Shown piece by piece: positions 11,350-23,554 of a DNA stretch of 64,000 nt. Source of the DNA: Vicugna vicugna (lineage: Eukaryota); NCBI GenBank assembly GCA_013265495.1, contig MU058824.1, forward strand, positions 1,329,111 to 1,393,110, given 5' to 3'. The stretch's first letter is position 1; the number at the start of each line of letters is the position of its first letter. The notes below the pieces were generated by a model. That model searched no databases. It saw nothing but the letters and a program-made list of their open reading frames with translations, and was not told the DNA's origin. A program made the position numbers and the translations under genes.

Positions 11350-12870
11350 TCTGATCTACTCTCAAAGATGGAAAAAGGGAGGTAGTTTCAAGGACTTTCA
11401 CTTGACATTTCTATAAGCCAAGTAGCTGATATAAGGGTTTTGCCGAAGCTAAGTATATTTACCCCAATTGTACATTTGAGCAAAGGTCTAAACAAGTCTA
11501 CAAAGCACAAGTAAATTATATGTACAGGTCACATGTCATCTACCAGACTCCCATGACACCTACCACTTTGCACCAACACCCCTGCTTCAGCTCACACTTC
11601 TAGCTCTAGTGTTGGTTTCCTACAACCAATAAACAGAGAAGGAAAGAACTCAGGCTTCTTCACAGATGAGTTAGTGTGATATGTTGGGGCTAGTTGAAAA
11701 TGGATGTTGTTGTGCTACAGTCCTTTCAGGGATGGCCCCAAGGGACAATGAGAAGAGAATTCCTTCCAGTGGGTAGAGCTATGAGTGGTACACTTGGTCA
11801 ACCCCTTTGATGGAGGCAGAAGTGGTTTGGGTTACAAATACAGTCATCCGTATCCATGTGTTTTGTATCTGCAGGTACGGAAGGCTGACTATATTCATTA
11901 TACTATGCCCTCTTATAGATGAGACTTGAGTATCCACAGATTTTGGTATCTGTGGGGGGTCCTGCAACCAATCCTCCATGGACACAGAGTGACAAGTATA
12001 TACTCAGATGCCTGAGCAGTGGACAATTGTCTGGGATGTTGGCCAGGGACCTGAAGATAGGATTGGATTATCAGGGACAATGAGATCTAAGGAAGTATTA
12101 TGTGATTATCTTAGGAATGGGCACAAAATATGTTGGTCTTTGTGTCTCACAATACTCACTAGAAAGCATCCATCACAGAGGAGACATGCAACAACGAGGT
12201 GGACAGAATGACTCATCCTGTGGATGCCAGCTAGCCTCTCTCTCCTTGGCTACCCCAGGGCTGACACTGTGGAGCCTTAGAAAGAGCAACAATGATAGCC
12301 AGGGTAAATGGCAGACGAAGACCCAACAAAATGGGCTCCATCCTTCTAAAGCAGATCTACCTCCTGACACTGGGGAATGTCCAACCTGCCACCTGCAGAC
12401 TGACACTGAGCCCTCAATGTGGCACCATTCCTCAAAGAGACCACCCAACCAGTGGATGACAAGTTGATTTCTTCAGACCCCTTCCTCACCAGCCAGCATC
12501 TGTACCTGTATGAATATGGGCTTGCCTTCCCTGACCAAGTGTCTTTGCCAGCACCACCATTCAAAGAGTAGGATGCTTGATTTTATCAATGTAGTGTCTC
12601 ATACAACATCATCTCAGATGAAGGGAAGCATTTATGGCAAAAGAGGTGTGAAAATAGGTGAATGACCAAGGAACCCACTGGTTTTAGCATTACCACATCA
12701 CCCAGAAGCAGCTAGCTTAATACAGTGGTGGAAGGGTCTGTTAAAGGCTCAGCTAAGGCATCAATTTAGAGACAGTACAGCGCAGGGGTGTGGCACTCTC
12801 CTCCAGAACATGGAACCCGTGGTCAGCATGTGGTGCTGTGTCCCCTGTAGCTAGAATTGAGCTTTTCTGT
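11350..12870 (+). mobile_element. ERV-L internal pol fossil (RNase H + integrase), inactivated
   Basis: Translatable remnants FFTDELV (11655-), SFQWVEL*VVHLV, YSDA*AVDNCLGCW (12001-), EETCNNEVDRMTHPVDAS*PLS and QQNGLHPSKADLPPDTGECPTC resemble ERV-L RNase H and the integrase HHCC region; many stops and frameshifts. Confidence 0.85.
11841..11998 (-). mobile_element. MER2-like TcMar-Tigger element nested in ERV-L pol
   Basis: ta|cagtc...gacttgagtatccacagattttggtatctgtggggggtcctgcaaccaatcc...|ta with TA on both sides. Confidence 0.75.
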
Positions 12871-14329
12871 TCAAAGATAACCCTCACTATGATGCATTTG
12901 CAGTTTCCAGCTTAGACAGACTGTCACGACCCCTCTTGGATGGATTTTCCCATTCGCCACACCCTTGAAAGAGCAAGAGATCATGCATTCCACTGAGGTA
13001 AGGCCTTCCGTTAGAATCCAAGATTTTAGAAACAAAGCAGCCCAGAACTGGAAGCGACCTTGCGCCTAATCCCAAACCCATTCCAATCAGTCTCTGCTGT
13101 GCAAATTTAAAGAAGTAAGACAACCAGAGGAGTTCCTGCATGCCATTTGGCTAGAGGATGAAGTTTAAAAACCCACTAAACAGGTTTCATGACCTACATA
13201 TGGGCCACAACCCATATTAGAGTGTGATTGTTTCAAAACTCTTAGTCAGCACCAGTGGCGGGAAAATGGAGTGAATCTCACTGTAAGGATCATTTGCTCT
13301 CACCCACACAGCTTGACTTAGTAAATCGCAGGGCCAAGGTGAAAGCCCCAGTGACTTCTGATGAACTAAACTCATCTTGCTCTGTCTCCCAAAAAGATGC
13401 CCGAAGAGAGACAAGCAATTGTGCATCACTGAGGCCTGCAGTTTTCACAGGGCGCTGCTCTGAGCCAGGCGGGCCCGTCAGTTTTGCATTTCCCCACCGT
13501 GAGAACGGGTAGACCCGAACATTCAAAAGCTCTTGCAACACAGTGGACAATGGAACTAGCCACCACCGTGGGAGAGGGGTGGGGTGGGGCTGAGGACCCT
13601 GAATTTGGCTGGAAGGCCTTGAAAGAGTATTTTTCACCTTCGCTGAACCACAGCCTTGGCACCTATGTAGGAGGGCTGCCTAGTTCTCCAAATCCATCCC
13701 CAACTTCCCGGTCACCATGTGGAAGCAGGCCAGGTTCTAATATGGCGGAAGAAGTGCAGGACTAGATGGTACCTGGGAGGCAGACGGCAGGGCCAGGCTC
13801 AAGGGGTAGGGCTGTGACACTGGCTGGGGGGACAACCAGCCTTTGACACCTCCTGACCACTAAAGTCAGTCACAAACTAAATGATCTAGTCCCTTCTTCC
13901 AACTACGTCCTTTAATATTTTTACCACACGCTTAACAACCATCACATCAACATATTACTTTAAATGGTTAAAAAGACACCACTTTCAGAAAATATGGCCC
14001 TCCCCGTGCCTCTTCATGGACAGTCCCTCTTTATCTTGGTTTACATTTTTCCTACTTCCTGGATTTTGTGACTCAGTGTTCTCACATGTAGAGCCCTTGA
14101 GAACAGCACCACACTCTCTCGGCAGGACCCCAGTGACATCAAGGATTCAGACACCACTTCCCAACCCTCCCCACACTGCTCTGGCCAGGGATCCCATTCT
14201 TAATGACTCATGAGATTTCATATATTTTCCCATCAGAAAGCTGACAAAATAATACAGTGGCTTGCTCTGGTCCAAACGGGTCTGTGCTCTTATAATTTAA
14301 ACAAGATTATGATGACCTGCAAATGTAGG

Positions 14330-14530
14330 AACCTTCTTAGCTTCCTCACCACTTATGTCATCATCACGACAACCCTGGAGGTGGTAGGGCACATCTTATT
14401 ATCCCTTTCAGAGATGAGAAAACTGAAGCTCAGAAGGATTAAGCAGCTGAATTTTTCAAGGCCAGTAGGTTACTGAAGGGTAGAGCTGGAACTTGAACTT
14501 GGGTCTTCTGGCCTCCCATTCATATTCTGT
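14330..14530 (-). mobile_element. MIR SINE
   Basis: cagagatgagaaaactgaagctcaga core. Confidence 0.75.
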
Positions 14531-15379
14531 TCACATCCCACTGTCCTCCACCACCTCAGTTAGGCACACAGGCTTTTTTCAGAATTCCATTCACCTACCT
14601 TGTTATCCAGGGGATACGCGAAAAGACAACTGGAGTGTCTCACCTTCCGGGGAGACTCTGCAGGAGTCTAGTGGGACTTCAGCAGGAGATGCAAGATCCT
14701 AGAAGTGAATCTGGGGAAATCCCAACACGCAGTCTTCACCACCTCGACATTTGTGCTTCACAGATAATATTTTCCAAGAGGAACGATTGCTGTTGTGGGT
14801 GCCTTGCTGTTTGGTGGGAGTTGGCCCTTCAGACCCCCAATTCCGATAGATGGCTGTGGCTTGTGAATGAAGAGGAAAGATGAGGGATGGCATTGGCGTC
14901 TTCGGCAAGATAAGACCGTATCTGAGAAGGAAGCAGCACATGACAAGTAGCCAGCAATGCAGATGCAGAGCCATGGAACGAGAGACCTGGGTAGATCTCC
15001 GTAAGAGCTCCTGGGCTGTGGCTGTTTTGTGAAGGAGCACGTAGCCTCTTCACTTCAGAAATTCCTGAAAGTACTCAAGTATTAAGCCCAGGGAAGCAGC
15101 TGATGGTTATACTGATCACAGGAATAATCAAGAAAAAGTTAAACTGTGCTTTGTGGCTTCTTTTTAGAAAATTCCAAAAGTGTAAAACATGTTAGAAAAG
15201 ACTCTCATCAAAAACAAATAGAATAAAAATTAACTTCTTTTAATTAAAAAGGGCAAGCTTTAATAACTTAGAAAACTATTAGAACAGCTCTTTGCCCAAA
15301 TTTTTACATACATGTGTTACAAGGGATTTTTTTGAAGCCAAATTTCCTCTTTTATGTTTGTGAACCTCATGAAATGGAA

Positions 15380-15845
15380 CACCTACCTTCTTCAAAAGAT
15401 ACTTTGAAGCCATAAAAATGTTCATACACTCTGACTCCATAATCCCCTTCTGGGAAGCTAGCCTAAGAAAATACCCTGAAATATGGGAAAAGCCATATGC
15501 AGAAAAATACTCATCAAAGAGCTGCTTAGCAAAAAGCTGGAAGCAGCCCAAATATTCAAAAAGCAGGGGGAGGATGGTAAAGTAAATCACGGTATAAGCC
15601 TTGAAGAAATATTCTATAACCATTAAAAATGATGGTATGAAGTTTATGAAGGATCAGAGAAAATACTTATGATAAAGTATTAGGGTCAAAAAGCCCGGAA
15701 AAATATTTGCACATACATGATTTATAAAAACAGGAAGGGAACATAAAAATAATAGTTGTCACTATGTCAGTGTGGTGGGCTTATGGATTTCTACCTTGTT
15801 TTTAAATTTGTCTAATAGTATTATACATCTACTTAAAAAAAAAAG
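15380..15845 (+). mobile_element. Degenerate L1ME-like 3' end
   Basis: tgactccataatccccttctggga...ctggaagcagcccaaatatt motifs. Confidence 0.6.
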
Positions 15846-16594
15846 TTCAGGCTTTAAAAAAAGCAATAGATGCTACAAATGCTTTAAGTGGGAAGAAACA
15901 TCATTAGTAGAGGTTGGGGGGTAAGTTGAGAAACTGCTCATCTTTCTGACCAAATTACTAAGTGTCTTTAGAATGGTTTCATGTTGTATGAAATAAATGT
16001 AAAATGTAGGCAAAAAGCATATATAAAAAGTAGTTTCATTTAAGGCACCCAAAAATCCAAATTATATTATTGCAGAAAATATTCAGGGTTTAAAGTTTCT
16101 CTTCCTTCTGTGTTTTCAAGTTGCTGTGGATCCACTTATAAGTGTCCTCTTATCAAGGGCCCTGGAACGAAACTTAGTATCTCTCTACGGTTTTTATTTC
16201 ATCTGCTGCCTCATTATGCCATGATCGATTGGATATGGGTGTTGGGTTTAGAAAACAAATTTCATTTTCTCCCTCCACCACCCAGGACACTTAAGAGTCA
16301 TGGGAGAACTGGGAGGAAACTCCAGAGCATTCAGGTAGAAATCTCTTTGGCAGGAGTACATGTCTCCGTGAGGTGGGGGTGGTTGGGGTCAGAATCCCAG
16401 ACATGTTATGTCATTGTGAACCCAGAGTCAAAGTTCCACTTGGGGGCAAAACAAGGCCAATTTACGAAAGTGAAAAAAGAATCACAAATCCAAATCACAT
16501 CCCTGGGAAAATGCAAACCAGAAATGGAAAAAATCAAAGGAACATGGTTCTCAACACAATAAAAATGAAGGGGAGGGCATAGAGGCACCTGCTC

Positions 16595-17137
16595 CAGTAT
16601 CTATCGTTGCCAAACAAACTACCCTAAAATTTAGCAGCTTAAAACAAAAACCATTTAATTGTATTTCACGACTTTATGGGTCAGTAATTCAGGCAAGGCT
16701 CAGCTGGGATATGCTTTTGCTCTTCATGGCATCTGAGGGCACACAGTGGTACTCAGCCAGCAAATGAGTCTAGAGAGTTCAAGGATTCCTGCACACGCCT
16801 GATGCCTGGGGAGGCTGGTGGACTGGGCTGGGCTGGGCTGGATCTGTCAACTGCAGATCCCACACCCGGCCTCTCCAGCACGGCCATCTTCTCGGCATGT
16901 TGGAGCTCTTATGTGGTAGCTGGCATCGCCCAGAGCAAGCATTCAGAGAGACCTAGACCAAAGCTACAAGGCTTCTTGCAAACTAGCTGGAAATTCCAGA
17001 ACATGACCTCAGCCATGTATTATTGGTTGAATAATCACTAAGGCTATCCCGGGCTCAAGGTTGTGGGAGTGGAATTAGTCTCTGCCTTACAATGGGAGAG
17101 ACAGCGAAGAATTGTCATCAGCTCTAGCCTACCATCA
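16595..17137 (-). mobile_element. MaLR LTR (MLT1-type)
   Basis: caaactaccctaaaatttagcagcttaaaacaa...gggtcagtaattcaggcaaggctcagctggg, characteristic of reverse MLT1. Confidence 0.8.
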
Positions 17138-17699
17138 AAGCATCATTTTACACACATTAAATAGGAGGGAAATTGCAGGGAGGAGGCAGTGCAAAGACGT
17201 GGAGATGGAGTTTCTGTGGTGGTGATGATAAAAATTGATTTAACACTTTGAGAAGACACCTTGTCAACATGCACAGAATACAAAAAACCATTCATCCACT
17301 TTGGATCCCTATCTCACTCCTGGGCATCTATCTACCTTAAAGAAATAATTTTACCAGAGATATGAAAGATTTATTATCTATCAGAGTGACAAAAATACAC
17401 AAAACCTAAGGGTTCAACAGTAGGCTTAACATCACTCTCCAATAGTAAGTAGCTATTAAGAATGTTAATTATGAAAGTTTTATACAGAAACTTGGAAAAT
17501 ATTTACAGAGTGGTGTTAAACAGGAAAAAAACACCAAAGGTTATATGCGTGTAAACAGGGATCAAAGGGGAACAGATAGGAATAAAAATAGTTTTTACTT
17601 ATTATTTATTTATCATGATTATTATTATTTATTAGGGTAATGACTTTAGGATGAGTCTTCTTGTTAGTTTTTTTCTTTAAAATACAAGGAACAGAGAAA

Positions 17700-18850
17700 C
17701 ATGTTGAAAACACCATGGAGGATGCAAGCAGCAAACTCCAGTTAGTGTGAGACACTAACTCTACAGGATGAATGACTAGTCGTCTTCAATAAATAAATTA
17801 CAAGGGAAAAAACAAGAGGAAAGGGAACCTAGAAGTTTAAAGAGACTTGAGAGTTGTCAACCCACTGGAATAATTGGGCACCATTTCAGTCCTAATCCAA
17901 ATAAATGAACTGTAATGACAATATTTGAGAGACATTAGGAGAAAGATGAACACTCTAATTCAAAAAGACTCATGCACCCCAATGTTCATAGCAGCACTAT
18001 TTACAATAGCCAAGACATAGAAGCAACCTAAATATCCATCAACAGATGACTGGATAAAGAAGATGTGCTATATATATACCCAGTGGAATATTCCTCAGCA
18101 GCAAAAAAAGAATGAAATAATGCCATCTGCAGCAACATGGATGGACCTGGTGATGGTCATACTAAGTGAGGTCAGACAGCGAAAGACAAATATCATATGC
18201 TGTCACCTATATGTGGAATTTGAAAAAATGATACACATGAATGTATTTACAAAATAGAAATAGACTCACAGACATAGAAAACAAACTTATGGTTAACAAA
18301 AGGATAAAAGGATACATTAGGAGTTTGGGATTAATAGATATACACTACTATATATAAAAATAGATTAACAAAAAGGTCCTATTATATAGCACAGGAAACT
18401 ATATTCAATATCTTGTAATAACCTATAATGGAAAAGAATCTCAAAAAGAACATATATATATATGTATATATCTGAATCACTATACGATACACCAGAAACT
18501 AACACAACATTGTAAATCAACTATACTACAATACAGAAAAAAACAGAGAGACATTAGGGGAAATTTGAACTCAAGGCTTTTGCTCATCTTAAGGAATTAT
18601 TGTTTATCTTGTTAAAGATGATAATGGTATTGTAGATACTTTTAAAAGTCCTTATCTTTCAGAGATAAATATAAAAATGTTTACAGATTAAATGATATGA
18701 TGTCTGGGATTTGCTCTCCAAAAATATGGAGGACTGGAAACACTGGCTGGGTGAAGATAAAAGGAGATAAGGAGTTAGTTGGTAGTTGGGGGTAGGGGAG
18801 GTATTATATTGTTCTCTTCTGTATTTTTTCAAAAGTTTCCATAATAAAAA
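17700..18850 (+). mobile_element. L1MC-like 3'UTR interrupted by a younger L1
   Basis: ggatgcaagcagcaaactccag...tttaaagagacttgagag; resumes after 18546 with aaggaattattgttt...gatatgatgtctgggatttgc. Confidence 0.7.
17945..18545 (+). mobile_element. Younger lineage-specific 5'-truncated L1 with target-site duplication
   Basis: Well-preserved L1 3' end (catgcaccccaatgttcatagcagcactatttacaatagcc...); TSD gagagacattagg(a/g)gaaa at 17927-17944 and 18546-18563 (17/18). Confidence 0.9.
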
Positions 18851-19159
18851 GGTGTTTGTGTTCAATGTCCTTTAAGGTTGCTGAATGAAGGGGCAGCTAA
18901 GCTGTGACTTGGAGGGATGAATGGGATGATGGTGTGGAAAGGATGTACGAGGACCCTGGGGACAAAGAAAGCCTGAACCAGGGGAGCAGCGGGGGTCTTA
19001 GAAACCTAAACAGGTTCTGACAGATGGGGGACCTGGCCCTGGTCCCAGGCAGGCTGCTTCTTCGAGCCCTGTGCCGTCTCAAAGTCTCAGCTTCCTCAGC
19101 CATTAACCAAGGGCAAAGATCTTCCCTTTCACAGTATTTTGAAGCTCCGCTGAGACCCA

Positions 19160-19990
19160 CCAGTGAAGCTTGTTTGACACCTTAAAGATTCTGGTACCAT
19201 CTTCCAAAGTGTGCATGTGTGTTGGGAGGGGTGGGTTCCCCCATAGCACCAAGCAATTCTCTGACCCTGGCTGGGTGTCCTACAGTTCAACCCAATTCTG
19301 ACGCTACCCAGAGAGAGCATCAGAGCACACAGTTAAGAGTTTAGTCCTACAAGACTGCCCCTCCACCCACTTCAGACCCCAGCTGCAACTCCATGCGGTT
19401 ACTTGCGCCTCTGACCGACTGGCTATAGATCGAAGGGCCAAAAACCTTTCTCCTTGGGTTCAGTTAATTTGATAGAGCAGCTGACAGAACTCGTGATTTT
19501 ACTTACCAGGTTATTATAAGAGGCTATAACTCAGGAACAGGCAAGTGGAAGGGAAGCATAGGGCAGGGTTAAGGGGAGAGGACGCCAAGCTCAGAGCTGC
19601 TGTGTCCTCTGGAGAGCACCATTCTCCCCACATCTCCACATGTTCACCAACCCTGAAGCTCTCTGAAGCCCATCCTTTTGGGTTTTTATGGAGACTTCAA
19701 ATACAGGCACCATTGATTAAATCATCAGCTGTGGGCAACTGAACTGGACCTCCAGCCCCTCTCCCCTCCCCAGAGGTCTGGAGGCAGGACTGAAAATTCC
19801 AACCCTCTGATCACCTGGTTGCTTTCACTGGCAACCAGTCCCCATTCTTAGGTGCTGGTCTAAAAGTCACCTCATTAACATGACACAAGACAACTTTATC
19901 CCTCTCAGCACAGGAATTCTGAAGGTTTTAGGAGCTCTGTGCCAGAAATGAAGATGAAGACCAAATACATATATATTATAAACATCGTAG
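19160..19990 (-). mobile_element. MER21-like solo LTR
   Basis: Reverse strand reads tttataatatatatgtatttggtcttc...ctggcacagagctcctaaaacctt, typical of the MER21 5' end. Confidence 0.75.
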
Positions 19991-20429
19991 CCTGTTCTGG
20001 GCAGAAAGGTTGTTGAGTAGTGTGTATACATTGGGAGCAGCATAAGGCAGAAGCTCCGCCCACGCTTGGCCAGGTCACCCAGGGCTCTGGCCTGTCCTGG
20101 TCTGTGAGAGGACACGTGGTGACCTCAGCTGCTGCTAATTGCTGGTGAGGGCACAGAAAGGGAGGAGAAGCCAGAAGCCAGAGACCCTTGTCATCTACCA
20201 CCTGACAGCAAGTCCTGGGAGCAGGGAGAGGAGAGCAGTCCTGTCCTTGGCCTTTAGCTACAGAGGCCTCAGAAGTGGACAAGGTCATGAACTGTTTCCA
20301 AGCCCGCCACAGGGGTCCAGGTGGGAGGGGCAGGGAGGAGCTGCCTTGAGCAGGAGGGAGCAAGCAGTAGTTGTCACAGGGAGGACACAGGCTTGTCTCC
20401 TTCCTCCGCTTTCCCAAGGAAGAAGGGGA

Positions 20430-20590
20430 CAAGCCTGGCTTTAAACTCCAGCTGTACCACCTTGGGCAAGTCACTCCACCTCCTTGACCAGAAGGATGTC
20501 CTCTATAAGGTGGAGACAGTAATCCCCGTCTCACAGGGCTATTAAGTGGCTGGGACTAGGTCGGCAGCAGAAGACCTTTAACAAATAGGA
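20430..20590 (+). mobile_element. MIR SINE
   Basis: ccttgggcaagtcactccacctc core. Confidence 0.65.
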
Positions 20591-20732
20591 GTTCTATCCC
20601 CACTCATCACTCCTCCGATCAGAGTTCCAGGCAGTAGCTGTCTCTGGATTCTAAGCAAGGGTCTCATTTCATGGAGATATTTTTGATTCAGAACCATCAT
20701 TATTAGGAGAAAGGCAGTGGGAGTTCACCAAG

Positions 20733-20909
20733 CAGGGGTTTCTCAGTCCTGGCCGCCACTGGCGTCACCTGGGGACTTTCAAAACTGCTCATGTCTGATC
20801 CCACCCCCAGAGATTCTGATGTGCTTGATCTGGGATGTGGCCAGGAGCAAACAGATTTTTAGAAGCTTCCCCAAGGGACTCCAGTGGGCAGCCAGGGCTG
20901 AGAATTCCT
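20733..20909. mobile_element. MER5-type hAT-Charlie element
   Basis: caggggtttctcag...cccacccccagagattctgat...cagccagggctgagaattcctg with inverted termini. Confidence 0.75.
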
Positions 20910-21665
20910 GTCACGGGGGCTTGTGATACTCCCGATAAAGATCAAGTGAATGAATAAAATCAGCTTTTTTCTTATTGCAATTTAGGGCCAAGTGCAGCTG
21001 AATGGGGGTCTTGGGGTCCAAATATTTGGGAAATTAAAGAAAAATTTAACCTCTCAGACACTAGGGTCAACTCTGGAATGCTGTCACGTGTTTAAAGCTT
21101 GGAGATTTTGGCAAGCCTGGTTCAAGTTTGCTTTTTTTACAACATGATAAATAGCTGTGTGTTGGTTTCCCCCCTCGCTGTTATTTTTGCAATAACCCTT
21201 ATTCAAAGCCTTGAAAAATTTGATGTACCATATCCCTCTGATATACCCATCAGAGAATGAATTAGAAAATATTTGAAATAGATTGGGGAAAAAAATGCCA
21301 CTTGGTACTACAAGGATTGAGGGTCTACAGAAAGACGCCTTTCAGAATAAATGTCAGGCATTCTTTTTGGATGAATAAGTCCCTACAGAGGTCCCATCAA
21401 GACTAGTCAGTTCATCCTTCAGTTCGACTCATAACTGCTCATTGATTCTGTGTAAGGCATTCTGGAATGGGGTTAGGGCTCCAGCACACGCAGGAATGAC
21501 ATGGAAACCCTTGGTCCAGTCCTGGGAAATTGATGCTTTCTCTCCTTTCACAAACCAGAGAGATCTGGCAGTGTTCTCTCAGACCTCTGTCTTTTACTCT
21601 TAGAATCCGTGTGTCCCCTGAGATCTAATGAGCAAGAGTTATAGAGGAGGAAGGAAGACACAGTG

Positions 21666-21851
21666 CAGTGGTTCTCAAAGTGTGGTCCCTGGATCAATAG
21701 CATCAGTGTCCCTAGGAACTTGTTAGAAGTGCAAATTCTCCTGCCCACACAGCAGACATACCGAATCACAAATTCTGGGGTGGGGCCCAGCCATCAGTGT
21801 TTTCATCAACCTTCCAAGAGATTCTGATCCACTGGAGTTGAGAGAATGATG
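21666..21851 (+). mobile_element. MER5A hAT-Charlie element
   Basis: cagtggttctcaaagtgtggtccctggatc...aggaacttgttagaagtgcaaattctc. Confidence 0.85.
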
Positions 21852-21869
21852 GACAAAGAGCACAGACGG

Positions 21870-22030
21870 AACATGAATAGAATTTGCTTCAAATGCCAGC
21901 TCCTTGGGTAAGTCACTCCACCTCTCTGATCTCTGTGTCCTCATCTGTAAAATTAGAATGATAATAGCACCCATCACTGCAGGATTGTTGGAGGGTTAAG
22001 GGAAGGAATGCGAGTAGTGTGTTTAGCACT
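21870..22030 (+). mobile_element. MIR SINE
   Basis: tcctcatctgtaaaattagaatgataatagcac core. Confidence 0.8.
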
Positions 22031-22037
22031 GTCTTTG

Positions 22038-22145
22038 CAGGGCTGGGATGCGGGTGAGGCAAATGAGGCACAACGGTCTTGTGGGTATCTCCTTAAATTC
22101 TGCATTCAGAGAGGGTTCACTCACCTCACTCTGATCCCAGCCCTG
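22038..22145. mobile_element. 108-bp MITE-like element with terminal inverted repeats
   Basis: cagggctgggat (22038-22049) and atcccagccctg (22134-22145) are perfect 12-bp TIRs, imperfectly extendable to ~30 bp. Confidence 0.65.
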
Positions 22146-22489
22146 GTTCTCGATTTTCCAAAAGTGCTCAGTAAAGGGCTGTGTGGCTCTTTTATGTTAT
22201 TGAGGGATCCTTCATCTTTGGGGACTTGACCAGGCAAAGTTCCGGAACCGAAGTCTTTAGACAGTTTGGTGTGGATGAAAGAGCTCTGGCTCTGGAATTT
22301 CCAGGCCAGGATCCGAACTCTAGGAACGCCAGCCAAGGACAGCGGTGCAGAGCGGAGGCGGGGCGAGCCCAGCGCCCCGAGACAGGCTCCTTTGGCCGGG
22401 CAGGGCTGCTTCTTTCCTGTTTCCTTCTTCCTGGGAGAAGTAGAGTTTGGACTCTCTCCCATCTGTGATCACTGTATTTTCTCTGTCAG

Positions 22490-23055
22490 TAGATACCAAA
22501 GCATTTAACAAAATCCAACATCCATTCCTGATTAAAACTCTCAGCAAACTAAGAATTGAAGGGGAGTGGAGGAGGACTTCCTCTTTCTGTCAAAGGGCAC
22601 CCACAAACCCCACTGCAAACACCTTACTTAATGTGAGAAGCCCCTTTCTACCTAGGATCAGGAACAAGAGAAGGATGTCCACTCTCACTGCTATGATGTA
22701 CCAGAGGTTGCAGTTAGCTCATTAAGGCAAGAAAAAGAAACAAAAGGCATCCACACTGGAAAAGAAGTAAAATTGCCTTTATGCATAGATGACATGAATG
22801 TCTATAGAGAAACTCTGATGGGATCTACAGTAAAGCTATTAAAACGAAGTGATTTTAGTGAGGTCGCAGGATACCAAATCAATGTCCAAAAGTCAATTTT
22901 ATTTCTAAACACTAGCAATAAAAATTGGAATTAGAAATTTAAAACTAATGTCTTTTATGATAGCATAAAAATGTGAAATACTTAGATATAAATTTGCAAA
23001 AGATGTGAACGACCTGTGCTGAAAACTATAAAACATTGCTGAGTAAAATTCAATA
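22490..23055 (+). mobile_element. Old L1 ORF2 (reverse transcriptase region) fragment
   Basis: ORF track peptide DTKAFNKIQHPFLIKTLSKLRIEG is L1 RT-like; frameshifted. Confidence 0.9.
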
Positions 23056-23056
23056 A

Positions 23057-23205
23057 GGGGGGAAGGTATAGCTCAGGTGATAGAGCACATGCTTAGCAAG
23101 CAGGTGGTCCTGGGGTTCAATCCCTAGTACCTCCTCCAAAAATAAATAAGCCTAATTACCTCCCCCCTGCCAAAACTAAATGATATAGTAATAAGTAAGT
23201 GAAAT
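23057..23205 (+). mobile_element. tRNA-derived SINE, camelid vic-1 type
   Basis: ggggaaggtatagctcagg (A box)...catgcttagca...ggttcaatccc (B box) tagtacctcc + aaataaataag + cctaattacctcccccc tail. Confidence 0.85.
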
Positions 23206-23207
23206 AT

Positions 23208-23516
23208 TAAAAGGACACTATGAACTCATCTACAAAACAGAAACAGACTCGCAGACATAGTAAACAATCTTATGGTTACCAGGGAAGGGATAAATTTGGG
23301 AGTTTGAGACATGCAAATGTTAGCCACTATCTATGAAAATAGATTTTTTAAAAAGTTTCTGCTGTATAGCACAGGGAACTACGTTCAATATCTTGTCATA
23401 ATCTTTAATGAAAGAGAATAAGAAGATGAATATATGTATGTATATGCATGACTGGGACATTGTGCTGTACACCAGAAATTGACACATTGTAACTGATTGT
23501 ACAATTTTTAAAAAAG
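23208..23516 (+). mobile_element. Lineage-specific L1 3'UTR
   Basis: atgaactcatctacaaaacagaaacagactcgcagacatag...ctgctgtatagcacagggaact...gaaattgacacattgtaactga. Confidence 0.85.
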
Positions 23517-23554
23517 ATCCAAATAAATGGAGCAACATCCTATTACCTAACCAG

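Noticed and set aside
12102..12467. 121-aa ORF with CxxC as a domesticated integrase or zinc-finger gene
   Set aside because: Only a short stretch is in the integrase frame; flanking stops and frameshifts indicate neutral decay.
14699..15040. 113-aa ORF with a hydrophobic segment
   Set aside because: Non-ATG start, no recognisable homology, and a length expected by chance in 64 kb.
19905..20534. 209-aa minus-strand ORF
   Set aside because: Begins in a MIR and ends in a MER21-like LTR; no protein-like features.
23057..23140. Functional tRNA gene (also the copy at 49690-49766)
   Set aside because: A and B boxes are present but the acceptor stem is not complementary and the sequence continues into a SINE tail; these are SINE heads.
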